DNA of 22,743 nucleotides, from contig JBKGZT010000019.1 in assembly GCA_046543235.1 (NCBI GenBank), positions 1 to 22,743 on the forward strand, written 5' to 3'. Position numbers and translations under genes: made by a program. Numbering within the stretch: position 1 is the first letter of the stretch; each line of letters starts with the position of its first letter. Below the pieces are notes generated by a model. It saw nothing but the letters and a program-made list of their open reading frames with translations, did not search any database and was not told where the DNA came from. The stretch is from Candidatus Acetothermia bacterium. Lineage in GTDB: Bacteria > Bipolaricaulota > Bipolaricaulia > M55B111. Below, piece after piece: positions 17,360 through 22,743 of this stretch.

Positions 17360-18510
17360 ATCAAAGCCTCCAGAGCTTCGAGTATCCGTTCTGGTTCGTG
17401 CAGACCTCCGCCAGGGTGGGGAACTAACTTCACGTCGGCATTCCCTTTGCTGGCGCGTTCGACTTCCCGGACTATCTGCCCCAGGTTGATTTCGGGGACG
17501 ACTATACCTTTGACCTGTTTGCTGAGTTCCCTTATCTCTTCTTCCGGGAACGGCCAAACCGTAACGAGCCTGATTATACCGGCTTTTATTCCTTTTTCGC
17601 GAGCCCGCCTGTAGGCTCCCATTGCGGTTCTGTAAGCCATTCCGTAGGAAACTATTAGAACTTCTGCGTCCTCCACTCCTTGTTTTTTGATTTCTACTAT
17701 GTCGTCCTTGTTTTCCTCTACTTTATCGACCAACCTGCCGACCTTTTCTCCCTGGGTTTCCACGTCCAGTTGCGGATACCCTTTCTGGTTGTGGGTCAGA
17801 CCGGTAACGTGGACGCGGTATCCCTCGCCCGCGGAAGCCATTTCCGGGACGAGATCCTCCTTTGGCTCGTAAGGCAAAAAGTCGTCGGGATCCGCTTCCG
17901 GCTTCCGCCTGGGGTAGATATCTACCCTTTCCTCGTCAATTACCACTCGCTCGCGCATATGACCGATCTTTTCGTCCGCCATGACGAATACGGGCATCAT
18001 ATACTGCTCTGCTTTGTTAAAAGCCTTTACCGTGTAGTCGAACATCTCCTGTGGAGACGTCGGAGCATACGCTATTACGCCGTAGTCGCCGTGTGAACCC
18101 CATTTGGCCTGCATCATATCTCCCTGACCAACGGCCGTGGGTAGTCCGGTGCTGGGCGAGCCCCTCTGAATATTGGCGATTACGCAGGGGGTTTCTGTCA
18201 TCATGCCCAGCCCGATGTTCTCCATCATCAGCGAGAACCCTGGCCCTGACGTGGCGGTCATCGCGCGCGAGCCGCCCCAGGAGCCGCCGAGTACGGCGGC
18301 GATAGAGCTTAGCTCGTCCTCCATCTGGATGAATCTGCCCCCGACTTCCGGCATTCTCTGGGACATCCTTTCGGCTATTTCGGACTGCGGGGTAATCGGG
18401 TAACCGGCGAAAAATCGGCAGCCGGCAGCAAGAGCCCCCTCGGCACAAGCCTCGTCACCGTTCATAAAGTACTTACCGGTCATTATCGCGACTTCGTTTT
18501 TTTCACTCAT
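17356..18510 (-). CDS. korA: 2-oxoacid (probably 2-oxoglutarate):ferredoxin oxidoreductase alpha subunit
   Basis: 'GYPITP', 'QMEDE', 'TATSGPGFSLM', 'QRGSPSTGLPT', 'WGSHGD', 'EINLGQ'. Confidence 0.93.
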   Translation of the reverse strand: MSEKNEVAIMTGKYFMNGDEACAEGALAAGCRFFAGYPITPQSEIAERMSQRMPEVGGRFIQMEDELSSIAAVLGGSWGGSRAMTATSGPGFSLMMENIGLGMMTETPCVIANIQRGSPSTGLPTAVGQGDMMQAKWGSHGDYGVIAYAPTSPQEMFDYTVKAFNKAEQYMMPVFVMADEKIGHMRERVVIDEERVDIYPRRKPEADPDDFLPYEPKEDLVPEMASAGEGYRVHVTGLTHNQKGYPQLDVETQGEKVGRLVDKVEENKDDIVEIKKQGVEDAEVLIVSYGMAYRTAMGAYRRAREKGIKAGIIRLVTVWPFPEEEIRELSKQVKGIVVPEINLGQIVREVERASKGNADVKLVPHPGGGLHEPERILEALEALI

Positions 18511-18772
18511 TCTTATCGCCTTCTTCGGACCAAATGGCGAAATCAGGACAGATCATCCCGCAGAAATTGCAATCAACGCACTCCCGCAGGTCGACAGGTA
18601 CTGGCGGGTGGTAACCCTTCTCGTTGAATTCCTCGGATTCTTCCAGGACGTCCTGAGGGCAGAACTCGATGCAGTAGCCACATCCTTTGCAGTAGTCTTC
18701 CTTGATATAAAGTTCGCCCTCGTCGGTTTCCCACTTCTTCGTCTTTGCTTCGTCTTTCGTGCTGGTTGTCAT
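18503..18772 (-). CDS. korD: 2x[4Fe-4S] ferredoxin-like delta subunit of the oxidoreductase
   Basis: 'CKGCGYCIEFCP' and 'CVDCNFCGMICPDFAI'; overlaps the korA start. Start is ATG 18772 or GTG 18778. Confidence 0.88.
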   Translation of the reverse strand: MTTSTKDEAKTKKWETDEGELYIKEDYCKGCGYCIEFCPQDVLEESEEFNEKGYHPPVPVDLRECVDCNFCGMICPDFAIWSEEGDKNE

Positions 18773-18796
18773 ATTCACCCTTTGTGTCTTTTAGTT

Positions 18797-20476
18797 TTAG
18801 AGGATATCAATTGAGCGTGATAACGCCTCTTCGCCTCTGTATTCGGGAATCAGCATAGGAGATTTACGGTCTTCGTCGACACCTGCTTCTTTCAGTTCCC
18901 TTGCGTATTTCTCCGCGTGGTTTAGGGTGATCTCTCCCCAGTCCGTTTCCCGGGCTCGCCTTGCGGCGGAAATCCCGGCACGCTTTCCGAATACGTTGTA
19001 ATCCAGCAGGGAATTTCCCATCAATCTGTTTTTCCCGTGCACTCCACCTTCTACTTCCCCTCCGGCAAAGAGGCCCTCGACGGCCGTCTTACCTTCTTCG
19101 TCGATTTCGATTCCCCCGTTCTGGTAATGCAGCGTCGGAAATACCAGAAGCGGGTCCTCGGTCGGATCGATACCAAATCTAGTGTAAAGCCTGTAGATAT
19201 AAGCAAGGTTCTCTTCGAAAGTTCCGTCTCCGTGTATCATGTCGATCATCGGTGTATCCAGCCAGACCCCCTTCATCCCGGTGGGAGTCTCTACTCCCAT
19301 CTCTCGGCCGTAGCATTCCCGTATTAGTGCCCCCGCTTCCACGTCCCTGGGCTCCAGGTTGAATACGAATGCTTCCCCTTCTCGATTTACCGGGATGGCG
19401 CCCGAACCGCGGACCTTCTCGGTTACGAGCAGGCCGACTATCTGTTCGGGAAAAGCGGCTCCGGTCGGGTGGTACTGAACCGAGTCCATGTCGAGCAGGT
19501 TTGCACCGGCCCGGTAGGCCATAACAAGACCGTCAGCGGTAGCCCCGTAGTGGTTGGTCGTCGGGAAGTCCTGTATGTGGAGTCTGCCGAACCCCCCCGT
19601 CGCCATAACCACCGACTTGGCCCGGACTACGTAGTACTGTTCGGTCTCCATGTTATAAAGCAGTGCCCCGGTTACGGACCCCTCCGAATCGGTCAGTAGC
19701 TCGACCGCCGGTGAAAACTCCTCAACGGGTACGTCAAGGTTTCTGGCTCTGTCCCGTATATTACGCATGAGCTCCATTCCCGTGTAGTCCTTGGCCGAAT
19801 GGAGACGCTTGTGCGATGTCCCCCCTCCGTGCAACGTCTTCATCGTTCCGTCCTCGCTCTTGTCGTACATAACCCCCAGTTGTTCGTGCCACTTCAGGAT
19901 CCCGGGCGCGTCCTTCGCCAGCGCCCGGGCAAGATCTGGTTTGTTTGCGAAATGCCCTCCGCCGATAATGTCGAGGAAGTGGGCCCCGGGGCTGTCTTCT
20001 TCCTTGTCCGCGGCCTGAATCCCGCCCTGGGCCATCATCGAATTGGCGTCACCGTGCCTGAGTTTGGTTGCGATCAATATATCGGAGGGGTCGATTCCCT
20101 CTCTGATTGCCCAGAGGGACGCGACGGTACCGGCGCCACCGCCACCAATTACGAGGACGTCTACTTCGTAGTCAACCTTCGTTAGATCAACCTCTTGAGG
20201 GTCAACGGCGGGGTAAGCTTCCAGCAGGTCGGCCAGTTCCAGGGGCATCTGGTCGCCCCGGTTCGGTCCTGCCTCCAGGCTACGCATGCCCTCTTCTCTG
20301 TAGTCCGGATGAAATTGGTTTAAGACATCTTCCCTCTCTGCCGGATCCATCCTGTCGATTTCCTTTCCAAGCCTGTCATCCCTGGTTTCTTCTACTTTTC
20401 GTATCGACTCCCGCATCGATTCTGGATAGGGGTCTTCGCCGGCCTTGCCGTTATTCTTCGATTTCCCTGTTCTCAT
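18797..20476 (-). CDS. Fumarate reductase/succinate dehydrogenase-family flavoprotein (TfrA-like, soluble)
   Basis: 'VIGGGGAG', 'AQGG', 'ATGG', 'QYHPTG', 'TEKVRG', 'PRD', 'HYQNGG', 'HGKNRLMGNSL'. Start moved to ATG 20476 (GGAGGAG RBS), overlapping the upstream gene end. Confidence 0.9.
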   Translation of the reverse strand: MRTGKSKNNGKAGEDPYPESMRESIRKVEETRDDRLGKEIDRMDPAEREDVLNQFHPDYREEGMRSLEAGPNRGDQMPLELADLLEAYPAVDPQEVDLTKVDYEVDVLVIGGGGAGTVASLWAIREGIDPSDILIATKLRHGDANSMMAQGGIQAADKEEDSPGAHFLDIIGGGHFANKPDLARALAKDAPGILKWHEQLGVMYDKSEDGTMKTLHGGGTSHKRLHSAKDYTGMELMRNIRDRARNLDVPVEEFSPAVELLTDSEGSVTGALLYNMETEQYYVVRAKSVVMATGGFGRLHIQDFPTTNHYGATADGLVMAYRAGANLLDMDSVQYHPTGAAFPEQIVGLLVTEKVRGSGAIPVNREGEAFVFNLEPRDVEAGALIRECYGREMGVETPTGMKGVWLDTPMIDMIHGDGTFEENLAYIYRLYTRFGIDPTEDPLLVFPTLHYQNGGIEIDEEGKTAVEGLFAGGEVEGGVHGKNRLMGNSLLDYNVFGKRAGISAARRARETDWGEITLNHAEKYARELKEAGVDEDRKSPMLIPEYRGEEALSRSIDIL

Positions 20477-21140
20477 ATCTCTCCTCCAGTTCTTCTTTTG
20501 GAAGGTTGACCAGTTCTTCGAGCTCCTCGTCGAATTTTCCATTCTGGATTTCTTCTACTCGTTCTTCCAGGTGATTTGAGTCCGGAGCCTGGTACCTGCC
20601 ATGAATTCTTCGTGCGAGCTGTGCGACGTGATGATGCGGAATTTCTGCCGGGCAGCGAGCTGCACAGAGTCCGCACTGGATGCAGTCGAAGGACAGTTCC
20701 GCGACGGATTCTATGTCTCCCCGGATCCCGTCGTTGACAAAGTCCATGACTTCCAGGTCCTGGGGACAGGTCTTGGTGCAGGTATTGCAGGAAACGCACC
20801 GGGCCAGTTCCGGGTAGAGATCCAGTAAAGGATTACCGGAAGGTTCTATTTGTTCTATATCGTATTCCTCCCTGCCCGCCGGCGTAAACGGTAGCTGCGT
20901 AAGGTACATTCCGTCCTGGACCGTTGTCTGACAGGCGAGATCAGTGTGGAGTTTGTAATCACCCTCTATCCGGTATATCGTGGCGCAGGCACCGCAAAAA
21001 CCCCCCCGGCAGCCTACCCCCCGTACGTACTGATAACCGCTGTACTCCATAGCCTTCATTATGGTGAGTCCTTTCGGTACTTCGTACTTCTTACCCATTA
21101 TAAATATCTCGACTGTTTCGGCTTCCGGCTCTTCGGGCAC
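20451..21140 (-). CDS. Fumarate reductase iron-sulfur subunit (SdhB/TfrB N-terminal-like)
   Basis: [2Fe-2S] motif 'GCRGGFCGAC...LACQ' plus 'CVSCNTCTKTCP' and 'CIQCGLCAARCP'; GTG start with GAGGTGA RBS. Confidence 0.88.
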   Translation of the reverse strand: MPEEPEAETVEIFIMGKKYEVPKGLTIMKAMEYSGYQYVRGVGCRGGFCGACATIYRIEGDYKLHTDLACQTTVQDGMYLTQLPFTPAGREEYDIEQIEPSGNPLLDLYPELARCVSCNTCTKTCPQDLEVMDFVNDGIRGDIESVAELSFDCIQCGLCAARCPAEIPHHHVAQLARRIHGRYQAPDSNHLEERVEEIQNGKFDEELEELVNLPKEELEERYENREIEE

Positions 21141-21144
21141 GGTA

Positions 21145-22032
21145 TCACCTCACGTTACCCGCTGTGCCCTCTAAGTCTAGGGCTTTCGTGGGTTCTATTG
21201 CGTGATCTTCGAATCTACAGAGATCGGAATGGCCAAAAGCGACGGCCATTAATTGTGTAAAGTAAAGGGCCGGTACTGGGTGATGGCCGGGGGCTATTTC
21301 GGCGTACTCCGCCTGCCTGGTATCCAGGTTAAACTGGCATAGGGGGCAGGCGGTAATCAGGACGTCCGCTCCCGCTTTCTCGGCTCCTCCGGTAATCGTT
21401 CCTGCCTTGTCCAGAACTACCTCCTTTTCGTCTACCGTGTTATACGAGCCACAGCATTCCGAATCGTAAGGGTATTCAACCGGGTTCCCGCCCAGGCTGC
21501 GAACGAGGTCGTCTAATATCGTCGGATTATGGGGATCGTCCAGACCGACTTCTTTCGGCCGGGTTAGCATGCATCCGTAGTAAGGCGCCACGTTCATGTT
21601 TTCCAGGGGATAAATGACCTTATCCCGAATCGCCTCCCAGCCCAGTTCGTCACGGAGAAGCTCCAGATAGTGGCGGACTTCGACTTCTCCCGAGTAATTC
21701 TCTTCCTGATCCATGAACTCGTTAATCTTGTTTAGTTTTTCCTCGTCTTCCCTTACGAGCGAATTCGACCGCTTCAACGTGTTGTCGCACATGGCGCAGA
21801 GCGTATAAAGCCGTTCAGCCCCTTCATCCCGCGCTCGTATAAGGTTCCTTATCGGCCCCAGCTGTTTCATCAGGTTGTCGTCTGCCAGGGAGTAAACGGT
21901 ACCACAGCAGTTCCACGGGGAAAGCTCTTTCAGATTTATCTCGAGATCTTCCGAAACGGCCATAGCAGAACTCTCGAAACCCTTTGCTGTATCTTTAAGG
22001 CTGCAGCCGGGGTAGTAAAAAAGGTCTTTCAT
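21145..22032 (-). CDS. hdrB: Heterodisulfide reductase subunit B-like (two CCG domains)
   Basis: 'YYPGC...WNCCG...CAMC' and 'YYGC...CCG...ACPLC', 'YFTQL'. Start is ATG 22032 or TTG 22041. Confidence 0.92.
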   Translation of the reverse strand: MKDLFYYPGCSLKDTAKGFESSAMAVSEDLEINLKELSPWNCCGTVYSLADDNLMKQLGPIRNLIRARDEGAERLYTLCAMCDNTLKRSNSLVREDEEKLNKINEFMDQEENYSGEVEVRHYLELLRDELGWEAIRDKVIYPLENMNVAPYYGCMLTRPKEVGLDDPHNPTILDDLVRSLGGNPVEYPYDSECCGSYNTVDEKEVVLDKAGTITGGAEKAGADVLITACPLCQFNLDTRQAEYAEIAPGHHPVPALYFTQLMAVAFGHSDLCRFEDHAIEPTKALDLEGTAGNVR

Positions 22033-22037
22033 GGAAA

Positions 22038-22421
22038 TCAACCCGTCTTCTTTCTCAGATTGCTGACTAAAGCTATCTCCGGTAATTCCTTCGTCTCGAT
22101 CTCGTCCAGATCAACCCTGTCCACGTTGAGCCTAAGGCTGATCTCCCTTATTCCTTCCATTATCGCCGGGACGTCGTTACCCTGGGGGCAGTCTACCTCG
22201 CAGCTGAGGCAGGAGGCACAGATCCACGGGGTTTCTGCCTCGAGGACGCCTTCGTTCCCCATCTGAACCTTTCTGATTACCTGGTTGGGTAACAGATCCA
22301 TTTCCTCGGTAAACGGGCAACCTGCAGAACACTTGCCGCACTGGTAACAGGAATAGACGTTTTCCCCGCTCAACTCCTCTACTTCAGCCGTCAATTCCCG
22401 GTTGGAGTTGGTTAAATTCAT
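22038..22421 (-). CDS. hdrC: Heterodisulfide reductase subunit C-like (short, 2x[4Fe-4S])
   Basis: 'CYQCGKCSAGCP', 'MDLLPNQVIR', 'WICASCLSCEVDCP'; directly upstream of hdrB; AAGGAG RBS. Confidence 0.9.
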   Translation of the reverse strand: MNLTNSNRELTAEVEELSGENVYSCYQCGKCSAGCPFTEEMDLLPNQVIRKVQMGNEGVLEAETPWICASCLSCEVDCPQGNDVPAIMEGIREISLRLNVDRVDLDEIETKELPEIALVSNLRKKTG

Positions 22422-22494
22422 AATGTCTCCTTCTCTTTAAGTTTCTTCCAATGTAACTCGTACGTTCGAATTGACTTGGGGTTCTCGTATGGAA

Positions 22495-22661
22495 GACGAG
22501 ATTTTTGGTAACCTTTCAGGAAAATCCTATCGGAGGCCGAGCGGGCATGGTTCCGCTCTTTCTCTGAAAGAGCGGAGAGCGAGGCCGAGATCGGAAGCAG
22601 CGATTTCCTCGCTGGGGAAATCGCCTGCGGTTTTGTCGAAAGGTTACCAAAAAAGCTCGTC
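22495..22661. repeat. Inverted-repeat-bounded palindromic element (MITE-like or structured RNA)
   Basis: Perfect 16-bp IR TTTTTGGTAACCTTTC (22502-22517) / GAAAGGTTACCAAAAA (22638-22653), extendable to GACGAG/CTCGTC; internal hairpins at 22552-22576 and 22597-22628. Confidence 0.7.
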
Positions 22662-22693
22662 ATAGCTTAGCTCCTCTAATATTATCCGTGGAA

Positions 22694-22743
22694 TTACCTC
22701 TCAATTTCCTCAACCAGCTTTCCATCCTCGTCGTAGATACTCA
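22694..22743 (-). CDS. 3' end of an upstream gene, possibly a [NiFe]-hydrogenase large subunit (MvhA-like)
   Basis: Own translation: ...SIYDEDGKLVEEIER-TAA; resembles the cleavable tail after DPCxxCxxH in group 3 hydrogenases and fits the hdr context. Only 15 codons visible. Confidence 0.4.
   Translation of the reverse strand, partial: SIYDEDGKLVEEIER

Noticed and set aside
17360-17557. Long N-terminal extension of korB in the ORF track
   Set aside because: Overlaps korA out of frame; ATG 17359 has an RBS and an ATGA overlap.
18797-20476. L-aspartate oxidase (nadB) call
   Set aside because: Coupled to an SdhB-like Fe-S gene among fumarase/suc/kor genes, with no nadA/nadC.
22495-22661. CRISPR array, or SECIS for an upstream selenoprotein
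   Set aside because: No repeat-spacer periodicity; no in-frame UGA visible, and bacterial SECIS elements lie directly after the UGA.

Overview
Bacterial-type chromosomal window (sigma70-like -35/-10 promoters, GGAGG/GAGGTG RBSs, tRNAs with encoded CCA). The proteins are very Asp/Glu-rich, suggesting an anaerobic salt-in halophile; a Bipolaricaulota/Acetothermia-like lineage is only a guess. Left part: partial TldD/PmbA-like gene, AEC transporter, DUF456 protein, NagD-like HAD phosphatase, archaeal-looking class II ribonucleotide reductase divergent from a Nudix hydrolase, a 694-aa membrane-anchored coiled-coil protein, and a Crp/Fnr regulator starting 4 nt after a tRNA-Ser(CGA)/tRNA-Arg(GCG) pair. 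Right part: a long minus-strand cluster of (probable [NiFe]-hydrogenase large-subunit tail) - hdrC - hdrB - fumarate-reductase Fe-S and flavoprotein subunits - korD/A/B - malic enzyme - two-subunit fumarate hydratase - DASS dicarboxylate transporter - sucC, with sucD convergent on the other strand. The strongest candidate for a novel system is a soluble, anchor-less, heterodisulfide-reductase-coupled fumarate reductase embedded in a reductive-TCA/C4-dicarboxylate cluster. A 167-bp inverted-repeat-bounded structured element sits just upstream of hdrC.
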